Below are positions 39,299 to 48,213 of a stretch of DNA of 64,000 bases, one piece after another. The stretch spans positions 2,244 through 66,243 of the forward strand of contig CANMUN010000007.1 of assembly GCA_947500875.1 (NCBI GenBank), in the 5' to 3' direction. The notes below the pieces were generated by a model. The model was not told the DNA's origin, made no database searches, and worked only from the letters and a program-made list of their open reading frames with translations. This stretch comes from Flavobacteriales bacterium (GTDB taxonomy: Bacteria > Bacteroidota > Bacteroidia > Flavobacteriales_D > Crocinitomicaceae). Numbering within the stretch: the stretch's first letter is position 1; every line of letters begins with the position of its first letter. The position numbers were made by a program, and so were the translations under genes.

Positions 39299-39754
39299 TT
39301 AATCCTCCAACTTGGGATAAACGCAAAAATTGTAAAGGGTTGAGGTTCTACCGTCCATGGCGTGTCGAAACGAAATGCAATCCAGTGTACCCCGAATTTC
39401 ATCAATGTAAATTCCTCTTTTGGTGGTGCGTGATGTGGGTTGAAAATGCATCATCTGCATGAGCTGATAGAACCCTGTAACTCCCAGTTCGGTTAACGGA
39501 TCACTTTCCTTAAGGCCTTTCCCCATGCACAATTGACTACACCCCACTGCAAGGATCTTGAGTTCTTCGGGGTCGGTGGTTTTGGGTTCATTGAAAAAAT
39601 CCGTAGATCGGTAGGTTTCGGTCCCTTGTTCCAAGAAAAGCGCTGCCTTGGTGAAGAGGTAGGGGAATTGCTGTTCGAGCGCATGAAGCTGATCGCTTTC
39701 GGACAGGTTGTCCATGACTTCGTCCAACGATTGGTGTGGTGGGTTGTTTTCCAT
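39299..39754 (-). CDS. hypothetical protein
   Basis: 151-aa ORF with no recognisable motif. It is followed by the shared terminator. The overlapping alternative ORFs in the track are shorter and less plausible. Confidence 0.45.
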   Translation of the reverse strand: MENNPPHQSLDEVMDNLSESDQLHALEQQFPYLFTKAALFLEQGTETYRSTDFFNEPKTTDPEELKILAVGCSQLCMGKGLKESDPLTELGVTGFYQLMQMMHFQPTSRTTKRGIYIDEIRGTLDCISFRHAMDGRTSTLYNFCVYPKLED

Positions 39755-39834
39755 AGGTTTAAAAGTAGCAATTTTAGGACTTGTTACTTTTGCTGTGCGA
39801 TAAATGGCTAGTTTTGATGTGTTTAAACTAAACC

Positions 39835-40281
39835 ATGGAAAAAATACTATTCAACGGACTCGAAGAAGGGGGGACATATCAGATGCGGACCAGCGAATTT
39901 AAACCCAAGCAAGGGTATCAATCCATTTTACAAGAGTTTGATTCCCTCTATGAAAGCTATCAAGGCTCAGGCAAGCTATTTTCGGTACATGGACAGGATG
40001 CTGTGGTTGTTTTGGCGGATACCCATACATTAGCCCTAGTTTTAAATGACCTGGATTTTACCGATTACAGCGCTTTTGCTGAGAATTTATCGCAATTAAA
40101 GGATTACTTATCGAAGGTTGGAATTTCGGCCGAAACGAGCGCAATGTTGGTTCGAATGTTGGAAAACGAGGATTTATCGGTAGGGGGCATCATAGGACAA
40201 CTTGCTGAACCTGGACAAACCATCACGGTCCAATGTATGGATTCCTTGTACGGGAATAACGAATACGAAATAAATGTTTGA
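39835..40281 (+). CDS. hypothetical protein
   Basis: 148-aa acidic ORF, divergent from the previous gene. No recognisable motif. Confidence 0.45.
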   Translation: MEKILFNGLEEGGTYQMRTSEFKPKQGYQSILQEFDSLYESYQGSGKLFSVHGQDAVVVLADTHTLALVLNDLDFTDYSAFAENLSQLKDYLSKVGISAETSAMLVRMLENEDLSVGGIIGQLAEPGQTITVQCMDSLYGNNEYEINV

Positions 40282-40317
40282 GCCTTAGAAAGGCGTTTGA
40301 TGATGGGTTCTGTTTAT

Positions 40318-42354
40318 CTAATTCAACAGCAAATCAACCATCAACCGTTGATGTACTTGGATGTCTTGGAATAACCATTCTTTCCCCGCATCTCGAAGAT
40401 CTGCATTGTCTTTACATTGTTGTAGCATGATCAAGAATTTGAGCGATGCAACGCTTACTTGCCGAATCTTGCCGGAGGCATCGAGGTAATGTTCCCTTTT
40501 GACCCGCGGAGTCCAATTGGATGCCGAGCTGTTGACATCGCTACCAATCATAGCATAGTTGCCGAAGCAATTGATCTGTTCTTGGGTGGGATCACCATTG
40601 ACCCCTTTGGCATTTGCTTGAGGAAAATAATGCTCTAAACTTCGTCGCGTTCGCGAGAAATAGAAGTGATGGAACATGTTGAGGTCAAACTTGGTACACC
40701 CCATGCGGTCAAAAAAAGCGGAGACGACTTCATCGTTTTTAGCCGGATCGCCGCGCAAATCCTCAAAATATCGGTGCCAAATCGCATAATCCAGGTAATT
40801 GAAAACAAACAAGGGAATTCCCTTCGTTATGGCTGATCCATCGCCGAAAACCGCATTAAAATCAAGGTGCGTATTGCGGATTTGTTCATCGATTTTCCAA
40901 ATTCCAGATTCATCCTTCACGAGTAAAGTAGCGTCAAATGAACCGGGTTTAGGGACGTTGATGTCGTTTAAATTTTCTGGATTCAGGTAAACGTCCTTGA
41001 GGTATTTGTCCGCGAGGCGAAGTACAAAATTGCAGTAATCATCAACGTTTATGCACTGTATGTTTTCCTGACGAAAGAAATAAAACAGGCAATAAAACAG
41101 GTAGTTCTTACGCTGCCTTGCGGTAAATGAAACCTCAAACATGGAAAGAAGGTGCACCAATTTAAATTGCGCTTCGTCCTTTCCACCGCTGTTTTTCAAA
41201 TAGCCGCTCTTTTCCTCTTTATACCAGTGTTGGAGTTTCCATGGGTTGTTGTCTAGCGTATCTTCTTCGTTGGAATGGTGCACGACATAATTATCGAGTA
41301 AGAATTTGGCTTTTAGCAGGTTATAACCAAATTGCCTCACGAAATCCTCGGTCAATTCCCCTAATTCATCGAACTCGTTCAGTAAGCTTTTATCGTCCAA
41401 CGTGAATTTTATCGGATCGAAGGAAGCGTCGTTGGGGTCAGAAATTCGGGTGATTTTGAGCACGATTAATAAAAAATTGGAGAAATCAAGGATGGGCTGA
41501 AACGCATCAATCTCATGTGCGGTGTTTTCGGTTTTTTCCGCGCTGGATGCTGTTAAAATATCCTTGATACTAACCGTTTTTTGGTCGGAAGCAGCTGCTG
41601 CTGTAACAGAGGGAAGGTCTCCAAATTCCTTCGGCTTAAAGGTGCATAAGTTATTTCCAAAAATCTTTGGGTCGTTGTATTTTTGTTGAATGTAAACGTT
41701 CATCTGACTGCAGAATTCCCAGAGCTGATGGAATGTGTTTTTGTCTGCATCGCTTGAGAGCTTTTCGATCAATCGTGCCTTAACGATTTCGTGTTTTTCC
41801 AACTGTTCTCCTCTGGAGTTCATGATTTCAAAATAATGATTCAAGTCAACTTCCCTTGGAACTTGATAGTGGATGATGTGGACCTTGTTCAAGAAATAGG
41901 AGCAGAAGTTTGCTGTGTCGTGTACAGGGACAATTTCCTTCAGGGATGCTTCGGCGGACTGAAAGCCATCAACAATTCCGGCGTCCTTTTGGTCGATGTT
42001 AAAATGGGGAATGCTCCGGATGCTGTCATTCGATTTTTTGCGTGCACGGTAGGTGAGTTGGTTGTTCAATGGTATGCCCAAAGCATTGAGAATCAAGTTA
42101 AGAGTGGTCAAGCGTTGTTGTCCATCGATTACTTCAAATACGTTACCGCCTTTGTGAAATGAAACCAATGTGCCGATATAGTAGTTTTCTTTTCGGTGGA
42201 TCATGGAATCGTAAACATCCTGTATTAGCGTTGCAATTTCTTCCTTTTTCCAAGCGTAATTTCGCTGATAAATAGGCACCTCATAGGTGGCATTTGCTCC
42301 GTTAAAGAGTTCACCAATGGTCAAACTTTTGAGGGGTAAATCGGAATTACTCAT
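40318..42354 (-). CDS. DUF262 + DUF1524 protein (GmrSD-like type IV restriction enzyme family)
   Basis: N-terminal YEVPIYQRNYAWKKEEI, VIDGQQRLTTL and FEIMNSRGEQL, the DUF262/ParB-like NTPase motifs. The C-terminal His-Me finger-like block is SLEHYFPQ...FGNYAMIGSDVNSSASN. Confidence 0.85.
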   Translation of the reverse strand: MSNSDLPLKSLTIGELFNGANATYEVPIYQRNYAWKKEEIATLIQDVYDSMIHRKENYYIGTLVSFHKGGNVFEVIDGQQRLTTLNLILNALGIPLNNQLTYRARKKSNDSIRSIPHFNIDQKDAGIVDGFQSAEASLKEIVPVHDTANFCSYFLNKVHIIHYQVPREVDLNHYFEIMNSRGEQLEKHEIVKARLIEKLSSDADKNTFHQLWEFCSQMNVYIQQKYNDPKIFGNNLCTFKPKEFGDLPSVTAAAASDQKTVSIKDILTASSAEKTENTAHEIDAFQPILDFSNFLLIVLKITRISDPNDASFDPIKFTLDDKSLLNEFDELGELTEDFVRQFGYNLLKAKFLLDNYVVHHSNEEDTLDNNPWKLQHWYKEEKSGYLKNSGGKDEAQFKLVHLLSMFEVSFTARQRKNYLFYCLFYFFRQENIQCINVDDYCNFVLRLADKYLKDVYLNPENLNDINVPKPGSFDATLLVKDESGIWKIDEQIRNTHLDFNAVFGDGSAITKGIPLFVFNYLDYAIWHRYFEDLRGDPAKNDEVVSAFFDRMGCTKFDLNMFHHFYFSRTRRSLEHYFPQANAKGVNGDPTQEQINCFGNYAMIGSDVNSSASNWTPRVKREHYLDASGKIRQVSVASLKFLIMLQQCKDNADLRDAGKEWLFQDIQVHQRLMVDLLLN

Positions 42355-43807
42355 TGATTTCCATGAATTTATTCAACTTAAAAAAGTACAAGTAATGCTG
42401 ATAGGTTCCGTCGGCATCCTGTTCCTCCAGCTTTTGCAAATTGGCTTTAATTCTTTTAAGCGGTACAACCGATAATTGTTCGGAAAGCAGGCCGAATAAA
42501 TGCGTCGGAGAATCTGATTCAAGGATGGATTTATAAAGGTTCATGGAATTCGTAACTTGTTCCTTCCCGAGGATGTAATTCTGTGCTGATTGCCATCCTA
42601 AATTGGTGTACTGAGCGCGCAGGGAGTAGGCCCAAACAAAAGCGAAAACTACGAATTGATCGAGCATTTTTAAATCGTTTTGCGTGGGATGAATGGGACA
42701 AAACCTATCAACGTATAGGAGAACAGAGGTATCAAAAAGTAAACGGGCGATTCGGTTACCTACACCGGTTTTGTACTTGCGCAAATCGAGCGTTTTTACC
42801 AGAAAATTATCGTTGATGAAATAGCCCACGTATTTGCTGTTGTCTTGAACATCTTTGAGGATTTCATAATAGTGCTTGGTGTATTCAAAAAAAGGTTTTC
42901 CAGACAAGATGGGCGCTTCTAACTGAAAAGGTTTTAAATCGGTAAATCCCGTAACCGACGGAATGGGCGATTGATTGATCATGTTCGCGTAGGCGTAGGC
43001 TCCTTTGAAATACTGAGCGAAGGGAAAGGTACCTGATTTTGCCAGTCCTTTGAACAGGTGGATGTTGTTTTCATTCAGTTCCGATGCTCGATTTCCTTTG
43101 GTCCATTCTTTCAGTCGGTAGAGGTACTCACTGAATAACAGCGACAGCTGTTGCTGATCTAAATCTTCCCAATTTTTCACCAAATCTTCGATTTCGTCCG
43201 AGCTTAGGTGGTTCATTTCCCGCAGGTGATAGGCTTTCAATAGGTCATGCGGGTAGAGTTTCTTACCCCGAGCGTTTTGCGCATCAAAAAACTGAAAAGC
43301 TTCGGAGATATCATGGGTAATAACCACCATGAATTCACAGTGGCATTGGAGGTATTTCAAAAGATCGTCGCGATCGAATTTTTCTAAATTTCCGAGCCTT
43401 CTTTCCAGTGCCCGATAGTTGGAGGAAATGTTTCGACGGTTGATGGAAATGTTCGACAACGGTTGTTCTAACAACGGTAATTCATGAATGCCCATGGCAT
43501 GAAGTACCAAGGAAAAGGTGATGGTTCGTTGTTGTCCATCAACCATGTTGTAAACCCCTGGTTTTCGTACATCGTGGTGGAGAATGAGGCTTCCAACGCG
43601 GTAAACCTCTTTCTTTTGATTTCGGGCATCGATGATGTCATCCAACAGCTGAAGAGCATTTTTGGCGGTCCATTTATACGGCCTTTGGTAGTTGGGGATG
43701 CGAAGTTGGATGCCTTGAACGCTATTTTTCGTATCCACTCGTGTAATCTTGTGGTTCAACAACAGGTCTTCTACTGTTGTAATACCAAGGGTAAGACTTG
43801 AAGCCAT
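42347..43807 (-). CDS. DUF262 domain protein (no recognisable nuclease domain)
   Basis: The LRIPNYQRPYKWTAKNA, MVDGQQRTITF and FFDAQNARGKKL motifs. It has an 8-nt overlap with the downstream DUF262/DUF1524 gene. Confidence 0.8.
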   Translation of the reverse strand: MASSLTLGITTVEDLLLNHKITRVDTKNSVQGIQLRIPNYQRPYKWTAKNALQLLDDIIDARNQKKEVYRVGSLILHHDVRKPGVYNMVDGQQRTITFSLVLHAMGIHELPLLEQPLSNISINRRNISSNYRALERRLGNLEKFDRDDLLKYLQCHCEFMVVITHDISEAFQFFDAQNARGKKLYPHDLLKAYHLREMNHLSSDEIEDLVKNWEDLDQQQLSLLFSEYLYRLKEWTKGNRASELNENNIHLFKGLAKSGTFPFAQYFKGAYAYANMINQSPIPSVTGFTDLKPFQLEAPILSGKPFFEYTKHYYEILKDVQDNSKYVGYFINDNFLVKTLDLRKYKTGVGNRIARLLFDTSVLLYVDRFCPIHPTQNDLKMLDQFVVFAFVWAYSLRAQYTNLGWQSAQNYILGKEQVTNSMNLYKSILESDSPTHLFGLLSEQLSVVPLKRIKANLQKLEEQDADGTYQHYLYFFKLNKFMEINE

Positions 43808-44028
43808 TTGTACCGTATAAACGTGAATGTTGCGCTCAGTAATTGTTTATTGCCGTGCAATCCAAGCACTAAGATACTCGATTTTTGGATTGCTGTCCTT
43901 TTCCGCTCCTCAGAACCGAGTCACCCAGATTGGAATTTTCTCCATGGAGGTTAATGTGACGATGAAGAAAGGGAAAAGTATCCTTGGCAGTAACCCGTTC
44001 GGTACAAGGTAGATCAATGACATTGGGC

Positions 44029-44931
44029 TCAATCAAATAAATCCATGGCCCATCGAAAGGTATTGCAATGCGCCTCTACGATGACATTGATATCCGGAGA
44101 ATACCCGCCGCCAAGCGCAACAGCCACGGGGATTTCGAGGTTCTTTAAGGTTTTGAATACAAATTCATCCCGATGCTTACAATCCGCTAAGCTCACTTCA
44201 AGACGTCCAAATTTATCGGTATTTAAGATATCGACTCCTGCTAAGTAAAAGGCGAAGTCGGGTTTAAACGACTCAATAATTTTTGGAAGATGTTCAGCTA
44301 AAAGGGCTAAGTAGGTCTCTCCGGTAGTGCCGTTTTCAAGTTCAACATCGAGGTCGGATCGCTCTTTATGAAAGGGATAATTCGTTCTTCCGTGCATGCT
44401 AAACGTGAACACCTGTGGATTATTTTCCATCAACTTGGCGGTGCCGTTCCCTTGATGCACATCGAGATCAATGATCAGGACTTTTCGACAATGGTTGTTC
44501 TTCAATAAATAATTTGCTGCAACGGCCATATCGTTTAACAAACAAAACCCCTCACCGCGTTCGGCGAAGGCATGGTGGGTACCACCGGCGATGTTCAATC
44601 CTGCACCATGCTCTAATGCATGCAGGGCAATGTCAATGGTCCCTTGGGTAATGACTAGTTCTCGGTTCACCAGTTCAGGTGATTGCGGAAATCCGATTTT
44701 TCGTTGTTCGGAAGGACTTAATTGTTGTGAAATCAACTTTTCAAAATAACCCGGATTGTGCGTCCATAGCACCACTTCCTGCTCACAGGGATTGGGTGCG
44801 AAAAAATGCGCTGGTGTGCAGGTTCCTTCATGGAGCAGTTGCTGCGGAATCAGTTCATACTTGAGCATCGGAAACCGATGGTTTTCGGGCAGGGGGTGCG
44901 CATAAATCGGGTCAAAAGCAATTTTTATCAT
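44029..44931 (-). CDS. histone deacetylase-family (AcuC/Hda-like) deacetylase
   Basis: N-terminal DPIY..H.LPENHRFPM.KY. Catalytic blocks GGTHHAF...GEGFCLLND and IIDLDVHQGNGT. C-terminal GGGYS. Confidence 0.9.
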   Translation of the reverse strand: MIKIAFDPIYAHPLPENHRFPMLKYELIPQQLLHEGTCTPAHFFAPNPCEQEVVLWTHNPGYFEKLISQQLSPSEQRKIGFPQSPELVNRELVITQGTIDIALHALEHGAGLNIAGGTHHAFAERGEGFCLLNDMAVAANYLLKNNHCRKVLIIDLDVHQGNGTAKLMENNPQVFTFSMHGRTNYPFHKERSDLDVELENGTTGETYLALLAEHLPKIIESFKPDFAFYLAGVDILNTDKFGRLEVSLADCKHRDEFVFKTLKNLEIPVAVALGGGYSPDINVIVEAHCNTFRWAMDLFD

Positions 44932-45219
44932 ACGCGTTACAAACGAAGCATCTAAGCTTCTAAATCGTTATTATTCACTTGGGACTTGATTAATACCTTG
45001 ACGTAGTGACGGTTTCGTCGTTCTTTCTTGGCATTGGCCCGTTTAGCTACGCGTTTATCCGTTACGATGAGGTTGAGATCGTTCAAATCGGATAATTCCC
45101 GCACGTCGTTGATGGAAGTTCGTTTAGGCACCCATTAAAAACATGCAAGGTCAAGAAATGTTTGAGCTGCGTTCTGGGTGGCTTTGTTATCTAATTGGGC
45201 TTAATTCCGTATCTTTAAA

Positions 45220-46107
45220 GTGCAGATGAACCAGCAAAAAATATCCATTCGTTTTTTTAATGACCGTGAGGTTCGTGCGGTTTGGGACGAGGAAAATTCC
45301 AAGTGGTGGTTCAGCGTATTGGATATTGTTTCGGTGCTAACTGATCAAGACGATTATACCAAAACAAGAAACTATTGGAAATACCTAAAAGCCAAACTTA
45401 AAAAGGAAAACAGTGAAGTGGTTAGTGTTACTACCCAGTTGAAAATCCTTGCTCCTGATGGAAAAAAACGATTAACTGATATGTTGGACCAAAAGGGAAT
45501 TGTTGCTTTGGGTAAAGAATTTCCAGGTAAGAAAGCGAATCGGTTTATAGAATGGTTTACCTACAGCGATGAAAGTATTGATGGAAAAAGTAAATCGAAA
45601 GCATATGCGTTATATGAGAGTTCATTTATCGAGAGTATTGAAGTTGGAACAACCAAGGGCTTACAACAAATCCATGCGTATCTTTTTGGTGGATTGTATG
45701 ATTTCGCTGGTCAAATTCGACAAAAGAACATTTCAAAGGGTGGTTTTCAATTTGCGGTATCTCGCTTTTTAGGGGATACACTACAACAAATTGAGGAAAT
45801 GCCAGAAAGCACCTTTGATGACATCATCGATAAATATGTGGAGATGAACATCGCGCATCCATTCATGGAAGGTAACGGTAGAAGTGCGAGAATTTGGTTG
45901 GATTTAATATTAAAGAAACGACTTAAAAAATGTGTGGATTGGAGTTTAATTTCCAAGCGCGATTACATGAATGCCATGGTTATAAGTCCTACCAACAGTC
46001 AAGTGCTTAAACTCACTATCCAACACGCCCTTACCGACAAAATCAATGACCGAGAAATGTACATGAAGGGAATCGATTACTCGTATTATTATGAAGAAAA
46101 TGAGTAG
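45220..46107 (+). CDS. Bro-N domain / Fic family protein
   Basis: N-terminal Bro-N-like block ([31 protein letters not shown]). The C-terminal Fic motif is [14 protein letters not shown]. The track start is GTG at 45220, and an ATG two codons later (45226) is equally plausible. Confidence 0.88.
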   Translation: MQMNQQKISIRFFNDREVRAVWDEENSKWWFSVLDIVSVLTDQDDYTKTRNYWKYLKAKLKKENSEVVSVTTQLKILAPDGKKRLTDMLDQKGIVALGKEFPGKKANRFIEWFTYSDESIDGKSKSKAYALYESSFIESIEVGTTKGLQQIHAYLFGGLYDFAGQIRQKNISKGGFQFAVSRFLGDTLQQIEEMPESTFDDIIDKYVEMNIAHPFMEGNGRSARIWLDLILKKRLKKCVDWSLISKRDYMNAMVISPTNSQVLKLTIQHALTDKINDREMYMKGIDYSYYYEENE

Positions 46108-46120
46108 TTGGGAATTACTT

Positions 46121-46166
46121 CCCCTGGGTGCACCCTTCGATACCTCCTTCGGACTACTCAGGGTGC
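46121..46166. repeat. intergenic repeat, copy A (inverted relative to the right arm of copy B)
   Basis: CCCCTGGGTGCACCCTTCGATACCTCCTTCGGACTACTCAGGGTGC is the near-exact reverse complement of 47213-47258 (about 42 of 46 positions by eye). Confidence 0.8.
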
Positions 46167-46235
46167 TGGTAAAACTATAATTTCGGCAACCATCTTTACT
46201 CCCAGAGACACCCCGGGCAATACTAGTGAGTAGTG

Positions 46236-47123
46236 TCAGCTGGAAATATTCGCCGCTACCTCGCGAAGTAGATCCTTCACAGAATCCGCATGGAGTTTGG
46301 TGAAGGCAAACCACTTTTTTCCGAGGTCTTTGAGCGATGCTCCGAGGTGATACACTTCATTGTGGTCAATGATTAAAAAGCGGTCGTGGCTTTTGGAAAA
46401 GGGAATTACTTCGAAGTTGTTGTATTGTTCGTTGGCTTTTTTCAGGTCCAGTGCTAATTGCTTGCTGGCATTGTTTTCTCCTCTAATAGAAGTTTTGGTG
46501 AGGATGGAAACCCGAACATCAGGTTCTTTTTTCGACAATTGGGTAAAGGTTTGTTCATCGATGTAGTTATCGATTAACACGATGCGCTGTTTAGCGGAAC
46601 GAATTATCCGAGAGGTGAGTTCATAGGCATCGAAGACTTGTCCGTCCATATAGACACCTTGTGTTGGAATTAGTTTCGTGTTTATTTGAAGGTCAATTTG
46701 ATCCACTTTTTTCGTTAAACCCACTAGATGATCTTCGAGGCGGTTTATGCGGTTGTTCACAGCAAAGCCTTTAAGTAGATAGTTTTTTAATACGCTGTTT
46801 GCCCAAATTCGAAATTGGGTACCTTGAATAGACTTTACACGATAGCCCACAGAAATAATTATATCGAGATTGTAGAATTCTATCTTTCGTTTAACCTTTC
46901 GATTTCCTTCCAATTGAACTATCAAGTATTCCTTGACAGTTGAATTTTTTTCTAATTCTTTCTCTTTAAAACAATTTTGGATATGAAGGCTTATATTTTG
47001 TTTTGTTTGGTTAAAAAGTATAGCCATTTGTTGTTGTGAGAGCCAAACCGTTTCATCTTCCATTTTCACTTCAATCCGCTCAGTAAGGTTATCGGGGTGG
47101 TAAATTATTATCTCGTTTTTCAT
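46236..47123 (-). CDS. RhuM-family / ORF6N-like protein
   Basis: N-terminal half WLSQQQMAILFNQTKQNISLHIQN...ISVGYRVKSIQGTQFRIWANSVLK is typical of RhuM. The C-terminal half carries SHDRFLIID...YHLGASLKDLGKKWFAF. Confidence 0.8.
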   Translation of the reverse strand: MKNEIIIYHPDNLTERIEVKMEDETVWLSQQQMAILFNQTKQNISLHIQNCFKEKELEKNSTVKEYLIVQLEGNRKVKRKIEFYNLDIIISVGYRVKSIQGTQFRIWANSVLKNYLLKGFAVNNRINRLEDHLVGLTKKVDQIDLQINTKLIPTQGVYMDGQVFDAYELTSRIIRSAKQRIVLIDNYIDEQTFTQLSKKEPDVRVSILTKTSIRGENNASKQLALDLKKANEQYNNFEVIPFSKSHDRFLIIDHNEVYHLGASLKDLGKKWFAFTKLHADSVKDLLREVAANISS

Positions 47124-47178
47124 GGGTTATGGTTGAATGCCTAAGAAAACGTAGAGAATGGGTTTTCAGTATTATTTC

Positions 47179-47258
47179 CTCTGGGTGCGCCCTTCGATTT
47201 CCCATGGGTACAAAGCTCCCTGAGTAGTCCGAAGGACGTGTCGAAGGGTGCACCCAGT
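47179..47258. repeat. intergenic repeat, copy B (self-complementary, long hairpin)
   Basis: The arms CTGGGTGCGCCCTTCGA (47181-47197) and TCGAAGGGTGCACCCAG (47241-47257) are complementary except for one G-U position. The left arm matches copy C, and the right half matches the reverse complement of copy A. Confidence 0.8.
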
Positions 47259-47595
47259 GGAGAATCATGTCCCTTAACCATGCAACAAAAACTTCATTTT
47301 TGAATTAAAGCGGTCCCTGAGCCTGTCGAAGGGCCGCTTTACATCCCAAAGGCACGGAAAATATAATCTTTAAATTAAACATAAGCTCAGCTCTCCCCTT
47401 GAGGGGAGATTAAGAGGGGTGACCAAATTCAGAGGCACTTGGATGTTCCGGTTTTTGAGCCGTGCTAAGCCTCGTCTTTTTGGCGGAAGTCGCAGAATCA
47501 CCGTCAAAACATAGGCTTAGGAGGTGAGAAAATGCTTCGGTTTGTCTTATGATTTAAAATAGAATTATAAATTACCGAAGCAAGGATAAATCCAG

Positions 47596-47639
47596 GCCTT
47601 TCGCTTGCGCTGAAGCTTCAGCGAAGGCGCAGATTTTTT
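47596..47639 (+). terminator. terminator-like hairpin containing a 16-nt perfect palindrome
   Basis: CGCTGAAGCTTCAGCG (47608-47623) is a perfect palindrome. It is extended by GCCTT / AAGGC (47596-47600 / 47624-47628) and followed by a TTTTTT run. No upstream + strand gene is evident. Confidence 0.3.
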
Positions 47640-47683
47640 GTTTCTTTTGTATCAAGACAAAAGAAAATAATACCTTTATCCAT

Positions 47684-48115
47684 ATGAAACAAATCTCCGT
47701 AGTAGCTGCCGTTATTGAAAAGGAAGGCAAAATCCTGTGCGTGCAGCGCGGACCTTCTTCCCTGGAGTACATCTCGCAGAAATGGGAATTCCCCGGAGGA
47801 AAAATAGAGGCTAACGAAACGGAGCAAGAGACCATTGTGCGTGAAATACGCGAAGAGCTGCACATGCAGTTTGAAGTAGGGGAGAAGCTGATGGTGGTGG
47901 AGCATGCCTACCCCGATTTTCACCTGACCATGCACACCTACCGCGGAACCTCCGCCGATGAACCCACCCTTACCGAACACCTGGCCTACCGTTGGCTCGA
48001 TCCCGAGGCCTTAGCCTCCTTGGATTGGGCGGAAGCGGATGTGCCGATTGTTAAGATTTTATGGAACGAACCTGTGCCAATTACTGCTAACTTCAATAAT
48101 CCAACAATGAAATAA
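47684..48115 (+). CDS. NUDIX hydrolase, MutT-like (8-oxo-dGTP / (d)CTP diphosphatase family)
   Basis: Nudix box WEFPGGKIEANETEQETIVREIREEL. The N-terminal VVAAVIEKEGKILCVQR and the 143-aa size fit MutT. Confidence 0.88.
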   Translation: MKQISVVAAVIEKEGKILCVQRGPSSLEYISQKWEFPGGKIEANETEQETIVREIREELHMQFEVGEKLMVVEHAYPDFHLTMHTYRGTSADEPTLTEHLAYRWLDPEALASLDWAEADVPIVKILWNEPVPITANFNNPTMK

Positions 48116-48213
48116 AGTTATTTTGATGTTGAAGGCATAGCCACATGATATTTTTTCATAAAAATAAAAATAATTCTAACAAAATTCAACAAGTATTTTC
48201 CTATTTTTGATAC

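Noticed and set aside
39493-39811. ORFs at 39493-39771 (-) and 39533-39811 (+), which overlap the 151-aa ORF.
   Set aside because: They are shorter alternatives in other frames or on the other strand of the same locus, with Pro/Trp/Arg-rich, low-plausibility translations. The longest ORF that ends at the terminator was preferred, and even it has low confidence.
44952-45131. A 59-codon minus-strand ORF with a GTG start (…PKRTSINDVRELSDLNDLNLIVTDKRVAKRANAKKERRNRHYVKV…) between the deacetylase gene and fic.
   Set aside because: It is below the track threshold and has no ATG, no recognisable family and no visible ribosome-binding context. It may be a gene remnant, and I cannot support it as a CDS.
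45946-46314. A 122-aa minus-strand ORF spanning the fic 3' end, the intergenic repeat and the rhuM 3' end.
   Set aside because: It runs through repeat copy A and overlaps two motif-supported genes, so it is a read-through artefact of the repeat sequence.
47572-47980. Minus-strand ORFs at 47572-47865 and 47618-47980.
   Set aside because: They are antisense to the MutT-like gene, which has a clear Nudix box, and they extend into the hairpin-rich spacer. Treated as spurious.
48202-48209. TATTTTTG, which matches the Bacteroidota -7 promoter consensus TAnnTTTG.
   Set aside because: It sits only 5 nt upstream of the proposed ATG at 48214, which is too close for a normal leader. In DNA this AT-rich such matches arise by chance. 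It is not called without transcription start-site data.
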